64,000 nucleotides of DNA from Prevotella sp. (lineage in GTDB: Bacteria > Bacteroidota > Bacteroidia > Bacteroidales > Bacteroidaceae), in assembly GCA_017961115.1 (NCBI GenBank), contig JAGCXX010000080.1:1166-65165 (forward strand), in the 5' to 3' direction. The notes beneath the pieces were generated by a model. That model worked only from the letters and a program-made list of their open reading frames with translations. It did not search any database and was not told the origin of the DNA. Made by a program: the position numbers and the translations under genes. Within the stretch, counting starts at the first letter, position 1; the number at the start of each line of letters is the position of its first letter. Shown one piece after another: positions 9,960-20,377 of this stretch.

Positions 9960-10904
9960 ATGGAATCAAGTCCGCTCATTTCCATCATTATCCCCATATA
10001 TAATGTCAGGGATTATCTCAAGAGATGTTTCGACACAATATCATCACAGAAGTATACCAATCTTGAGGCCATTGTTATCGATGATGGCAGTACGGATGGC
10101 AGTGGGGATATATGTGACCTGTATGCTGCAAAGGATTCAAGATTCAAAGTGTTTCACAAACAAAATGGTGGAGTAAGTTCTGCGAGAAACATGGGCTTGC
10201 AATATGCCCGTGGCGAATGGGTCACTTTTTGTGATTCAGATGATGGATTGTTCGACAATGCTCTTTCCCTTTTGGTCTCCTGCGTAGAGACAGGAATAGA
10301 TTCTGTTTGTGCCGGTTATGTAAAATTGCATGTCAAACAAAAGAAAGTATTAAGGAGAACAAGAAAGTTCGACAAAGTCAGTTTGGAAAGGGAGCAAGCC
10401 CTTATGGATTTCTATAGGCCAACTTTGGGGAAAGTTTTTAATGGATATATTATTAACAGGCTTTTTAACAACGCTATCATTCAAGAAAATCATTTAAGAT
10501 TCAGAGAGGATATCTTCATCAAGGAAGATGGACTTTTTTTGGTTCAATATCTTTGTTCGTGCAAAGGACTGCACACCTATATTCCCAATCCCATTTACAA
10601 GTATTGTGTTCGTTCGGGAAGTGCCACTACCTATCGTAACAAACAATTAAACAAAGAATCCATATCCAATCTTTATGCTCGAATTGAATGCTATAAAGAG
10701 ATTAAAAAAGTATCTGATGCAAAACAACTGCTCAACCTCTCTAAGGATAATGTAAGCTTTGAGTACTTGATTCTGACGTATAGATACTTTACTGATAATT
10801 TAAGAAAAATCAAGAGCTTTGTCAGATTCTCCATTCACACCTTTAAGTATGTTTCACCATTTTACATTCTCAGATTCTATTTTAAGAATATGGGTAAGCT
10901 TTGA
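9960..10904 (+). CDS. Glycosyltransferase family 2 (AT-rich)
   Basis: ISIIIPIYN, IDDGSTD, NGGVSSARN, FCDSDD, KEDGLF. Confidence 0.92.
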   Translation: MESSPLISIIIPIYNVRDYLKRCFDTISSQKYTNLEAIVIDDGSTDGSGDICDLYAAKDSRFKVFHKQNGGVSSARNMGLQYARGEWVTFCDSDDGLFDNALSLLVSCVETGIDSVCAGYVKLHVKQKKVLRRTRKFDKVSLEREQALMDFYRPTLGKVFNGYIINRLFNNAIIQENHLRFREDIFIKEDGLFLVQYLCSCKGLHTYIPNPIYKYCVRSGSATTYRNKQLNKESISNLYARIECYKEIKKVSDAKQLLNLSKDNVSFEYLILTYRYFTDNLRKIKSFVRFSIHTFKYVSPFYILRFYFKNMGKL

Positions 10905-11017
10905 ATAATTCTCATTAAAAAACGAGGAATTTGGGCGTTTTTTTTTGCTGTTCGCCCCATTTGTATTAACTTTGCCTTTTCAAGAGGCATTGTGCCTTTC
11001 ACACATCATACAACAAC

Positions 11018-11839
11018 ATGACTGCAAGAAGATTTTTCAGCAAACTGTTCAGTCCCTATATCTGGCTCAACCTATTGGCAATGGGTATCATTGTGGTGCT
11101 CCTCTGCCTGGGCCTCAAATACGGACTCGACCTGTATACACATCACGGACAGACTGTGGAGGTGCCCACCATCATCCACAAAAGCTACAACGACGCTGAG
11201 GATATGCTCGACAAAGTGCACCTCAACATCGTGGTGAGCGACACCGATTATGTGAAGACCCTGCCGCCCGACTGCATCCTCGAACAGTCGCCGCTGGAGG
11301 GGGAAATCGTTAAGCCTGGCCGTATCGTGTATGTGAAAATCAACGCACCACACACACCCAGACGCCCCCTGCCCGACGTCATCGACAATTGCTCCATGCG
11401 TGACGCGCAGTCGAAACTTCTTGCCTTGGGATTCCAACTGGCAGATCCAGAGTATATACCAGGAGAGCGTGAGTGGGTATATGGCATCAAGTGCCAGGGC
11501 AGACAACTTGCCTCCGGCGACCGCGTGTCGATAGAGGACCAACTGGTGATGCAGGTCGGCGATGGTCGTCGCGACATGAATCAGGTGGTGTCGTATGTCG
11601 ACAGCCGCACCTACGACTTCGGTGAGGAAGAGGAGGAAGAGGAGGAGAAACCCAAGACAAGACCTCACTATAAACGGCAGACAGAGACTGTCAGCGACAA
11701 CAGCAACACCAACAGCGAACCTTCAAGTGTGTCGGCAGCTTCTGCCAAACCACTCGATATTCCCACTGTCTCTACGACATCACCATCCGTACCTTCCACA
11801 CCTCCTGTGCCAAAAGCTCCCAAACCCGTAGGCGAATAG
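11018..11839 (+). CDS. PASTA-domain membrane protein
   Basis: N-terminal TM, YTHHGQTVEVP, ILEQSP; acidic/Pro-rich tail. Confidence 0.88.
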   Translation: MTARRFFSKLFSPYIWLNLLAMGIIVVLLCLGLKYGLDLYTHHGQTVEVPTIIHKSYNDAEDMLDKVHLNIVVSDTDYVKTLPPDCILEQSPLEGEIVKPGRIVYVKINAPHTPRRPLPDVIDNCSMRDAQSKLLALGFQLADPEYIPGEREWVYGIKCQGRQLASGDRVSIEDQLVMQVGDGRRDMNQVVSYVDSRTYDFGEEEEEEEEKPKTRPHYKRQTETVSDNSNTNSEPSSVSAASAKPLDIPTVSTTSPSVPSTPPVPKAPKPVGE

Positions 11840-11863
11840 ACAGCCAAGCAACCATCTCCCAAT

Positions 11864-12934
11864 ATGGAAGAAATCATCATCGACACCGAGGAACTCGACG
11901 ACGAGGGACCACAGTTGTATGAGCACCATCGCTTCGTGGTGGACAAGGGACAGGTGCCCGTGCGTGTGGACAAGTATATGTGCGAGAAACTCACCCACTC
12001 GAGCCGCAACCGTATACAGAAAGCAGCCGACGCGGGTTTTGTGCATGTCAATGACCGGCCAGTGAAGAGCAACTATAAGGTGAGGCCGGGCGATGTGGTG
12101 ACACTCATGCTCGACCGTCCACAATATGACACCACCATCGAACCCGAGGACATCCCGCTCGACGTGGTATATGAGGACAACGAGGTGATGGTCATCAACA
12201 AACCCGCCGGCATGGTGGTGCATCCGGGATGTGGCAACTTCAGCGGGACGCTCATCAATGCCGTGGCATGGCACCTTAGGGACAACAAGGATTACGACCC
12301 CAATGACCCTGAGGTGGGACTCGTCCACCGCATCGACAAGGATACCACAGGACTGCTTGTCATCGCCAAGACACCAGAGGCGAAAAGCAACCTTGGACTG
12401 CAGTTCTTCAACAAGACCACCCACCGCAGTTACCTCGCTATCGTATGGGGCAACCTCACCGAGGACGAGGGGCGCATAGAGGGGAACATCACTCGCGACC
12501 CGAAGGACAGATTGCGCATGACGGTCACCTCGCCCGACTCAGGTATTGGAAAACCGGCAGTCACCCATTACCGCGTGGTGGAGCGGCTGGGATATGTCAC
12601 ACTCGTGGAGTGTGTGCTCGAGACAGGGCGCACCCACCAAATCAGGGCGCATATGCGGCATATCGGACATCCGCTGTTCGCCGACGAGCGCTATGGAGGA
12701 ACGGAGATTCTCCGAGGGGAAAGAAGTTCCACCTACAAGGCGTTCATCTACAACTGTTTCAAGGTCTGTCCGCGGCAAGCGCTCCATGCGCAGACGTTAG
12801 GCTTCGTGCATCCAAAGACCGGTGAGCAGATGGACTTTACCTCACCGCTGCCCGACGACCTCGCAGCGCTCATCCACAAGTGGCATGTCTACATGAAAGG
12901 AAATGAATATAAACAATTGATTGATTTAGAATAA
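11864..12934 (+). CDS. rluD: RluA-family pseudouridine synthase (RluD-like, with S4 domain)
   Basis: NKPAGMVVHP, HRIDKDTTG, ETGRTHQIRAH, QALHA. Confidence 0.92.
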   Translation: MEEIIIDTEELDDEGPQLYEHHRFVVDKGQVPVRVDKYMCEKLTHSSRNRIQKAADAGFVHVNDRPVKSNYKVRPGDVVTLMLDRPQYDTTIEPEDIPLDVVYEDNEVMVINKPAGMVVHPGCGNFSGTLINAVAWHLRDNKDYDPNDPEVGLVHRIDKDTTGLLVIAKTPEAKSNLGLQFFNKTTHRSYLAIVWGNLTEDEGRIEGNITRDPKDRLRMTVTSPDSGIGKPAVTHYRVVERLGYVTLVECVLETGRTHQIRAHMRHIGHPLFADERYGGTEILRGERSSTYKAFIYNCFKVCPRQALHAQTLGFVHPKTGEQMDFTSPLPDDLAALIHKWHVYMKGNEYKQLIDLE

Positions 12935-12941
12935 TAACACA

Positions 12942-13943
12942 ATGAACAATCCCAAGAGAACTATCGCCATCGTCTGCGGAGGTGACTCATCGGAGCATGA
13001 TGTGTCGCTGCGCTCGGCACAGGGACTCTACTCCTTCTTCGACAAAGAGAAGTATAACGTATATGTAGTTGAAATCAAACGCACAGAGTGGCACGTCAAC
13101 CTGCCTGATGGCACAACGGCACGTATCGACCGCAACGATTTCTCCTTCAGGGAGAATGGGGAGATAAAACTGTTTGATTATGCTTATATCACCATCCATG
13201 GCACACCAGGCGAGAACGGAATCCTGCAAGGCTATTTCGACCTCGTAGACATACCTTACAGCACCAGTGGCGTGCTCGTGGAGGCCATGACATTCGATAA
13301 GTTCGTCATCAACCAATACCTGCGCTCCTATGGCGTGAGCGTTGCAGAGAGCATTCTCATCCGCAGGGGGTGCGAGCATCTTGTCAGCGATGAGGAAATC
13401 TTGTCGCGCGTGGGCATGCCGTGCTTCGTCAAACCCGCCAACGATGGCAGCAGTTTCGGCGTGTCGAAGGTGAAGAACATCGACCAACTGGCACCTGCCT
13501 TGCGCAAGGCAATGATGGAGAGTGATGAGGTGATGGTGGAGCAATACCTCGACGGCATCGAAATCACCGTGGGCTGCTACAAGACCAAGGAGAAATCGAT
13601 GGTCTTCCCTGCCACCGAGGTCGTGACCGCCAACGAGTTTTTTGACTATGATGCCAAATACAACGGACAGGTGCAGGAAATCACACCGGCACGCATTCCG
13701 GAGGATGTGGCAAGGAGGGCAGCCGAACTCACCAGTGCCATCTACGACATCCTGCACTGCAACGGCATCATCCGCATCGACTATATCCTGACCGACAATG
13801 GTGAGGGAGGGCTGAAAATCAACATGCTCGAGGTGAACACCACACCGGGCATGACACCTACCAGTTTCATTCCGCAGCAGGTGAGGGCTGCCGGACTCAA
13901 TATCACTGATGTCCTCACCGATATTGTAGAAAACCAGTTTTAA
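12942..13943 (+). CDS. ddl: D-alanine--D-alanine ligase
   Basis: GGDSSEHDVS, HGTPGENG, FDYDAKY, LEVNTTPGMT. Confidence 0.96.
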   Translation: MNNPKRTIAIVCGGDSSEHDVSLRSAQGLYSFFDKEKYNVYVVEIKRTEWHVNLPDGTTARIDRNDFSFRENGEIKLFDYAYITIHGTPGENGILQGYFDLVDIPYSTSGVLVEAMTFDKFVINQYLRSYGVSVAESILIRRGCEHLVSDEEILSRVGMPCFVKPANDGSSFGVSKVKNIDQLAPALRKAMMESDEVMVEQYLDGIEITVGCYKTKEKSMVFPATEVVTANEFFDYDAKYNGQVQEITPARIPEDVARRAAELTSAIYDILHCNGIIRIDYILTDNGEGGLKINMLEVNTTPGMTPTSFIPQQVRAAGLNITDVLTDIVENQF

Positions 13944-13958
13944 ACCACCTTTTCTCAC

Positions 13959-15101
13959 ATGAAGATTCCAGAGGTATTCGACACCATCAGACCCTTCGAG
14001 CCGGAGGAACTGCCTGCCGTCTATGACAGGTTGCTTGCTGACCCTGGATTCCAGGCCGTGCTGGCATACCTCTATCCCAACGTGCCGATGGAGGCCATAG
14101 GCATTAAGATGAGGCAGTGCACCACCAGTCTCGAATTCCAGAAGACATTCTGCTACACCTTTCTTGAGCAACTGCTCGCCAAGGTGAGCAAGGGGTGCGA
14201 CATGAACGTGGATGCTATCGACATATCCAGGCGATATACCTTTGTGAGCAACCACCGCGACATCGTACTCGACTCGGCACTGCTCGACAAACTGCTCGTC
14301 GATGCCGGCTTCGCCACGACATGTGAGATAGCCATCGGCGACAACCTTCTCTCTCTGCCATGGGTGCGCGACTTGGTGAGGGTCAACAAGTCGTTTATCG
14401 TGGAGCGCGGACTGCCCCCTCGGCAGATGCTGATGGCAAGCAAGCGCCTCTCCGACTACATGCACTTCGCCGTGGCGGAGAAAAACGAGAATGTGTGGAT
14501 TGCCCAGCGTGAGGGAAGGGCAAAAGATTCCGATGACCGCACCACGCCTGCCATCCTCAAGATGATGGCAATGGGTGGGGAGGGAAACGCCGCGCAAAGG
14601 CTTATGCAACTGCATATCGTGCCGTTGAGCATCTCGTATGAGTTTGACCCATGCGACTACCTCAAGGCGAGGGAACTGCAACAGAGGCGCGACAACGACA
14701 ATTTCCGCAAGGCGCCCGGTGAGGATGTCAACAGCATGCGCACCGGTATTATGGGCTACAAGGGGCGCATCCATTATCACTGCGCTCCATGCATCGACCA
14801 CTTCCTCGAGTCCGTGGCTGACATGCCGAAAGCCGAACTCTTCGACTGTGTAGCAGCATATATCGACCAAGAGATACACCGCAACTACCGCTTGTATCCT
14901 TCCAACCTCATCGCGCTCGACTTGCTCGAAGGCGGCAATGCCCATGCTGATGGATATACCGATGCAGACAAGGTTTTCTTCCTCAAATATATCGAGGGAC
15001 AGATGGCAAAGATTGAGATGGAGAATCCCGACGCCGACTTCCTCCGTGAGCAACTGCTCAAGATGTATGCCAATCCCGCACGCAACCATTTCGCCGTATG
15101 A
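13959..15101 (+). CDS. Glycerolipid acyltransferase (PlsC-type HX4D)
   Basis: SNHRDIVLD, IAQREGRAKD. Confidence 0.88.
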   Translation: MKIPEVFDTIRPFEPEELPAVYDRLLADPGFQAVLAYLYPNVPMEAIGIKMRQCTTSLEFQKTFCYTFLEQLLAKVSKGCDMNVDAIDISRRYTFVSNHRDIVLDSALLDKLLVDAGFATTCEIAIGDNLLSLPWVRDLVRVNKSFIVERGLPPRQMLMASKRLSDYMHFAVAEKNENVWIAQREGRAKDSDDRTTPAILKMMAMGGEGNAAQRLMQLHIVPLSISYEFDPCDYLKARELQQRRDNDNFRKAPGEDVNSMRTGIMGYKGRIHYHCAPCIDHFLESVADMPKAELFDCVAAYIDQEIHRNYRLYPSNLIALDLLEGGNAHADGYTDADKVFFLKYIEGQMAKIEMENPDADFLREQLLKMYANPARNHFAV

Positions 15102-15787
15102 AAAGAATATGTAGGCATTTTTGTCTGACTGTATGTGCTGCCGTGGCGCTTATGCTGTGGACTACAGCATGCACCACCGAGGACTATGAGTCGGGCAATG
15201 GCGAGTATTCTTATCTGAGGGCGGACTTCGCCGAGGTACACACCGTAGGGGCAAAAAAGGTGGGGAATGCAAGGACCGATGAAGGCGACTCGTTGGTGTT
15301 GCAGCCACCACTGGACTGCTCATGGACCACGACACCCGACTCCACCTATAGAGCATTGCTCTATTACAGCCGTGAACCAGGGAAAAAACTTGAGGTAAAA
15401 GGTTTTTCTGCTGTTCAGGTGCTTGTGCTCCACACGAAAGAGCCCAAGGAGGGAACTGTGGTGCAAACCGACCCTCTGACGCTGGAGAGTGCCTGGATTT
15501 CTCCCAATGGCAAGTACCTCAACTTGGGGATGTATGTCAAGATAGGACAGAGTGACGCCAAGGATGCCTACCAAATCTTGGGCATGGTGCGCGACACGGT
15601 CATCACTGCCGATGACGGTACGAAGGTGCATCATCTGCGCCTCATGCACAGTCAGAACGGCATGCCGGAATACTATTCCAGCCGCATTTACACCAGCACC
15701 CCCCTTGCTCCTTTTGGCAAGGGCGATGTGCTTCGTGTAGAAATCAATACCTATGAAGGAATAGTAGTGAGAAGGTTTACGATTTAG
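15098..15787 (+). CDS. NigD-like lipoprotein
   Basis: Lipobox TTAC; TDEGD, RALLYY, DPL...W..NGKYLN pattern. Confidence 0.75.
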   Translation: MKRICRHFCLTVCAAVALMLWTTACTTEDYESGNGEYSYLRADFAEVHTVGAKKVGNARTDEGDSLVLQPPLDCSWTTTPDSTYRALLYYSREPGKKLEVKGFSAVQVLVLHTKEPKEGTVVQTDPLTLESAWISPNGKYLNLGMYVKIGQSDAKDAYQILGMVRDTVITADDGTKVHHLRLMHSQNGMPEYYSSRIYTSTPLAPFGKGDVLRVEINTYEGIVVRRFTI

Positions 15788-15849
15788 TCGGACATGTCGG
15801 ACATGTCGGACTTGTCGGACTTGTCGGACTTGTCAGACATGTCAGACAA
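15787..15849. repeat. 9-bp tandem repeat GTC(G/A)GACNN, 7 copies
   Basis: gtcggacat x2, gtcggactt x3, gtcagacat, gtcagacaa. Confidence 0.95.
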
Positions 15850-15865
15850 AAGACAATCTTCAATA

Positions 15866-16828
15866 TTAATCTTCAGTTTTCAATCTTTTGGTGAGTTTGT
15901 CCAGCATGTCGGTGGTCATCGAGCGGATGTCGTAGAGGGGTGCCCATCCCCATTCGCGGCGTGCGCAGGTGTCGTCCATCTTGTCGGGCCAACTCTCGGC
16001 GATACTCTGCTTGAGCGGGTCAACGTCGTACACCATCTCGAAGTCGGGCTTGTGCTTGAGGATTTCCGCATAAATGGTCTCCGGTGCAAAACTCATGGCT
16101 GCCACGTTGAAGCCGTTGTGGTGAATGAGGCGATCGGGGTTGGCTTCCATCAGCGTGATGGCAGCCTTCAGCGCATCGGGCATATACATCATGTCCATCA
16201 ATGTCCCCTTGCGGATGGGACAGACAAAACGCTCGCCACGCACGGCGGCATAGAAGATGTCGACGGCATAGTCGGTGGTACCGCCACCCGGAGGAGTCAT
16301 GTAGGAGATGATGCCGGGGAATCGCACCGAACGGGTGTCCACCCCATATTTGTGGAAGAAATAGTCGCTTAGGAGTTCGGTGGTCACTTTCGATACGCCG
16401 TAGATGGTGCGGGGGCGCTGAATGGTGTCCTGCGGTGTGCGAACATGTGGCGTGCTCAGTCCAAACGAACCGATGCTGCTGGGGGTGAACACGGCGCAGC
16501 GTCGCTCACGCGCCACCTCAAGGACGTTCCACAGGCCGTCGATGCCTATCGCCCATGCCAGACGGGGTTTCGACTCGGCAACAACAGACAACAAGGCGGC
16601 AAGGTTGTAGATGGTGTCAATGTCGTATTTCCTCACAACCTCGGAAAGCATCTCGCCATCGGTCACATCGGCCAATGCCATCGGTCCCGACTCGCGCAGT
16701 TCGCCCTTGGGTTCTGCCCCTTTGATGTATCCTGCCACCACATGACTGTTGCCATAGCGCTGGCGCAGCGCCATGGTGAGTTCCGAACCAATCTGGCCTG
16801 ACGAACCGATAATCAATATGTTCTTCAT
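15866..16828 (-). CDS. L-threonine 3-dehydrogenase (SDR/epimerase type)
   Basis: IIGSSGQIG, PSSIG, YGVSK, PGGGTTDY; divergent from kbl. Confidence 0.9.
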   Translation of the reverse strand: MKNILIIGSSGQIGSELTMALRQRYGNSHVVAGYIKGAEPKGELRESGPMALADVTDGEMLSEVVRKYDIDTIYNLAALLSVVAESKPRLAWAIGIDGLWNVLEVARERRCAVFTPSSIGSFGLSTPHVRTPQDTIQRPRTIYGVSKVTTELLSDYFFHKYGVDTRSVRFPGIISYMTPPGGGTTDYAVDIFYAAVRGERFVCPIRKGTLMDMMYMPDALKAAITLMEANPDRLIHHNGFNVAAMSFAPETIYAEILKHKPDFEMVYDVDPLKQSIAESWPDKMDDTCARREWGWAPLYDIRSMTTDMLDKLTKRLKTED

Positions 16829-17001
16829 AGAGTAAGTCTTTTTTTGTTGCTTTTGCGTTGGCAAAATAAGCAAATATTTCTCAAATCACCATCATGTTTT
16901 GGATAAAAAATGAATATTTTTCTTGTTTTCTCTTTTTTTCTTCCCCAAATAGTCTGATGTATCAAAAATAATTGCTTACTTTGTGTTTAGTTTTCTAAAA
17001 C

Positions 17002-17041
17002 CTCAATTGTCGTGCAAACCGAGTGCAGACTAAAGCTTAAA
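17002..17041. repeat. Internally deleted copy of the dispersed element at 61507
   Basis: ctcaattgtcgtgcaaaccgagtgcagactaaagcttaaa matches both ends of 61507-61589. Confidence 0.75.
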
Positions 17042-17066
17042 TCTCAAACTTCAAACCCACATAATC

Positions 17067-18257
17067 ATGTACACAAAAATTAAGCAACATCTCAGTCAGC
17101 AACTCACAGAAATCCGTGAGGCAGGTCTTTACAAGGAAGAGCGTATCATAGAAAGTCCACAGCGGGCTGCCATCAGTGTGAAGGGAAAGGAAGTGCTCAA
17201 CTTCTGCGCCAACAACTACCTCGGCCTCTCCGACCACCCGAGGCTCATAGAGGGTGCCAGGCGAATGATGGAGCAGCGGGGCTTTGGCATGTCGTCGGTG
17301 CGCTTTATCTGTGGTACACAGGATATCCACAAACAGTTGGAGGCAGCCATCTCCGACTATTTCAAGACCGAGGACACCATCCTCTATGCGGCTTGTTTCG
17401 ATGCCAACGGTGGCGTGTTTGAACCCTTGTTCACCGAGGAGGATGCCATCATCTCTGATGCACTCAACCATGCCTCTATCATAGACGGCGTACGGCTGTG
17501 CAAGGCGAAGCGCTACCGCTATGCCAACGCCGACATGGACGATTTGGAGCGGTGTCTCAAAGAGGCACAGGCACAGCGGTTCCGCATCATTGTCACCGAC
17601 GGTGTCTTCTCCATGGATGGCAACGTGGCACCAATGGACCGCATCTGTGACCTTGCTGAGAAATATGACGCGCTGGTAATGGTCGACGAGTCGCACTCCG
17701 CCGGTGTGGTGGGAGCCACCGGACATGGTGTGAGCGAACTCTATGGCACTTACGGCAGGGTGGATATCTACACCGGCACGCTGGGCAAGTCGTTTGGCGG
17801 AGCCTTGGGCGGTTTCACCACAGGTCGCAAGGAAATCATCGATATGCTCAGGCAGAGGAGCCGTCCTTATCTCTTCTCCAATTCTCTCGCGCCTTGTATT
17901 ATCGGTGCCAGTCTGGAGGTGTTCGCCATGCTCAGGGAGAGCAATGAGATTCACGACCGCCTCGTGGAGAATGTGGAGTATTTCCGCACCAGGATGATGG
18001 ATGCCGGCTTCGACATCAAACCCACGCAGAGTGCCATCTGTGCTGTCATGCTTTATGATGCCAAACTCTCCCAGGTCTATGCCAACCGCATGTTGGAGGA
18101 GGGTATCTATGTGACGGGATTCTATTATCCGGTGGTGCCTAAGGGTCAGGCTCGCATCCGCGTGCAGATTTCCGCCGGGCACAACCGCGACCAACTCGAC
18201 CGTTGCATAGCTGCCTTCGTCAAGATTGGCCGTGAATTGGGTGTGCTGAAGCAGTAG
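17067..18257 (+). CDS. kbl: Glycine C-acetyltransferase (2-amino-3-ketobutyrate CoA ligase)
   Basis: NFCANNYLGL, SVRFICGT, DALNHASIIDG, TGTLGK, ARIRVQISA. Confidence 0.96.
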   Translation: MYTKIKQHLSQQLTEIREAGLYKEERIIESPQRAAISVKGKEVLNFCANNYLGLSDHPRLIEGARRMMEQRGFGMSSVRFICGTQDIHKQLEAAISDYFKTEDTILYAACFDANGGVFEPLFTEEDAIISDALNHASIIDGVRLCKAKRYRYANADMDDLERCLKEAQAQRFRIIVTDGVFSMDGNVAPMDRICDLAEKYDALVMVDESHSAGVVGATGHGVSELYGTYGRVDIYTGTLGKSFGGALGGFTTGRKEIIDMLRQRSRPYLFSNSLAPCIIGASLEVFAMLRESNEIHDRLVENVEYFRTRMMDAGFDIKPTQSAICAVMLYDAKLSQVYANRMLEEGIYVTGFYYPVVPKGQARIRVQISAGHNRDQLDRCIAAFVKIGRELGVLKQ

Positions 18258-19425
18258 CAATCGCCTGGGCAGCTACATAGGCGGTGGTCCATGCTGCCTG
18301 GAAGTTGAAGCCGCCGGTCACACCGTCGATGTCGAGCACCTCGCCGGCGAAAAACAGACCTTTGCGGTGGCGACTCTCCATAGTGGTGGGGTTGATGCCC
18401 GACAGTGCCACCCCACCGCAGGTGACAAACTCATCTTTGAATGGCGCACGGCCGGTGATGGCGACATCGTCGGCCGTGAGGCTGTTGGTCAGTCTGTTGA
18501 TATCCTTTTTGCCCAGGTCTGACCATCGGGCATTGGCTTTTTCGCTGATGCTCTTTTCCACGATATAGTTCCACAGACGCTGGGTCAGTCCTTGGATGGC
18601 GTGAGTGGCGACCTGCTGCTTGGGGTGGGTAATGACCATCTCAGTCAGCAGTTCGCGTATCTCTGTCTCGCTCATCCCCGTCCAGTTGATACAGACATGT
18701 GCCTGGTAGTTGCGCCCATACAGGTCTCTGGCGGCATGGCTCGACAGTCTGAGGATAGCCGGACCGCTTAGTCCCCAATGGGTGATGAGCAGCGGTCCGC
18801 CAGCCTTGATTTTTGTGCCTGCCAGTGTTACCGTCGCCCGTTCTGCCACTGTGCCCATCAGTGCTTTCAGCCGTGTGTCGCCGATGCCCATCGAGAAGAG
18901 GGATGGCACAGGTTCGACGATGTCGTGGCCGATGTCGCGCAACCAGTCGAATCCCTGGGACCTCGGTGAACCACCCGTGGTGACCGCCACGAAGTCATAT
19001 TCTTCAAGTTCCTCCATTTTGTGGATGGGATGCCGTGTGTGGATGGTGATGCCATGTTGGCGTGCGCTGTTGAGGAAACAGTTGATGATGGCATGTGAGT
19101 CTTGGGCAGCGGGAAACACGCAGTGGTCGGGTTGAACGGTAAGCGGCACACCGTGGCTTTCAAACCACCGATAGGCATCTTGATGGTTGAAGATGTTGAA
19201 GAGTCGTTTCAGCAGCCTGTGGCCGCGGGGATAGACGGCGGAGAGGTCGCGGACGCCCTCAAATGTGTTGGTGCAGTTGCAGCGTCCGCCGCCCGACACT
19301 TCCACCTTTGCCAGCACATGCTGGCTGCGCTCGAAGATGTCTACCTGCATTGCGGGCATCATCTCCTTCAGGTTGATGGTGAGGAAAAACCCGGCGGCTC
19401 CACCGCCGATGATGGCTGTTTTCAT
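18220..19425 (-). CDS. HI0933/YhiN-family flavoprotein oxidoreductase
   Basis: IIGGGAAG, SGGGRCNCTN, THWGLSGPA, VTCGGV, GEVLDIDGVTGGFN. Confidence 0.92.
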   Translation of the reverse strand: MKTAIIGGGAAGFFLTINLKEMMPAMQVDIFERSQHVLAKVEVSGGGRCNCTNTFEGVRDLSAVYPRGHRLLKRLFNIFNHQDAYRWFESHGVPLTVQPDHCVFPAAQDSHAIINCFLNSARQHGITIHTRHPIHKMEELEEYDFVAVTTGGSPRSQGFDWLRDIGHDIVEPVPSLFSMGIGDTRLKALMGTVAERATVTLAGTKIKAGGPLLITHWGLSGPAILRLSSHAARDLYGRNYQAHVCINWTGMSETEIRELLTEMVITHPKQQVATHAIQGLTQRLWNYIVEKSISEKANARWSDLGKKDINRLTNSLTADDVAITGRAPFKDEFVTCGGVALSGINPTTMESRHRKGLFFAGEVLDIDGVTGGFNFQAAWTTAYVAAQAIATASAHPIHGQS

Positions 19426-19591
19426 TGTAGGGATAGTTGGACAATTATCCTATAGTTTTTGCAAATATCGGAAAAAAAGCCCAATATCCTTTTCTTCTCT
19501 GTTTTTTTTCTTATTTTTGCAAGAAATTTGTGTGTCAATGATGTTAATGTTAGGTGTTTAGCAATCAATAAGTGCGAATTGGAAAAACGAT

Positions 19592-20332
19592 ATGAGAAAA
19601 ATAATTATTTCTTTTGCCTTATCTTTGGCAACCATGGTGGCTTTGGCACAGAACGTGCAGATTCATTACGACTTTGGTCATAACCTTTCCGACAACCTTT
19701 CAGGAAGACCCAGTGTCACGACCACGGTGGAGATGTTCAAGCCCGACCGGTGGGGAAGTACTTTCCTATTCACCGACCTTGACTATTTTCATGACGGTGT
19801 GGCAGGCGCCTATTGGGAGTTCGCAAGGGAGTTCAATGTGTCTTCCGACAAGCGTTGGGCGGCACATGTGGAGTATGACGGAGGTTTGACATCCAATCAG
19901 GTTACGCCGTATTCCACCCGTTTCCAGCATGCTTTCCTCGCCGGACCCGCGTGGAACTGGGCGAGCAGCGATTTCAGCAAGACTTTGTCGTTGCAGGCGA
20001 TGTATAAGTATTATTTCAAGGGGCAAAACCCATGGGACCGTCCTTTCAGCAGTTTTCAGGCGACGGCGGTGTGGGGTATCCATTTTGCAGGCGGACGCTT
20101 CTCATTCTCCGGTTTTATCGACTGTTGGTATGACAATAGTGTGAGCGGCAACTGGATTACCATTTCCGAACCCCAGTTCTGGTTTAATCTCTCCGCGTTG
20201 ACGGGGCATAAGGACTTCAACCTCAGTTTGGGTATTGAGGCGGAAGTAAGCAACAATTTCGTCTTCGACGACCTTGGGCGCAACAACCGCTTCTATGCCA
20301 TCCCCACCATTGCCGCGAAGTGGACGTTTTAA
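19592..20332 (+). CDS. Outer-membrane protein, DUF5020 (Tsx-like)
   Basis: Signal peptide; QNVQIHYDFG, TTVEMFKPDRWGSTF; C-terminal KWTF. Confidence 0.8.
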   Translation: MRKIIISFALSLATMVALAQNVQIHYDFGHNLSDNLSGRPSVTTTVEMFKPDRWGSTFLFTDLDYFHDGVAGAYWEFAREFNVSSDKRWAAHVEYDGGLTSNQVTPYSTRFQHAFLAGPAWNWASSDFSKTLSLQAMYKYYFKGQNPWDRPFSSFQATAVWGIHFAGGRFSFSGFIDCWYDNSVSGNWITISEPQFWFNLSALTGHKDFNLSLGIEAEVSNNFVFDDLGRNNRFYAIPTIAAKWTF

Positions 20333-20337
20333 TTAGT

Positions 20338-20372
20338 CCCCTCACCTCTAACCCCTCACCTCTAACCTCTAA
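20338..20372. repeat. Heptamer tandem repeat (CCCCTCA/CCTCTAA)
   Basis: cccctcacctctaacccctcacctctaacctctaa. Confidence 0.8.
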
Positions 20373-20377
20373 TTTCC

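Noticed and set aside
12987-15089. 700-aa minus-strand ORF and similar long antisense ORFs (3434-4429, 17037-18260, 24506-25585)
   Set aside because: Shadows of well-supported genes with GC-rich third positions; no motifs
15794-16372. ORF starting MSDMSDLSDL; also the MSDPSDSSD extension of LigA and the PENPENPE extension of the HD gene
   Set aside because: These are translations of 9-bp intergenic repeats. Better starts exist, or the ORF is antisense to a real gene.
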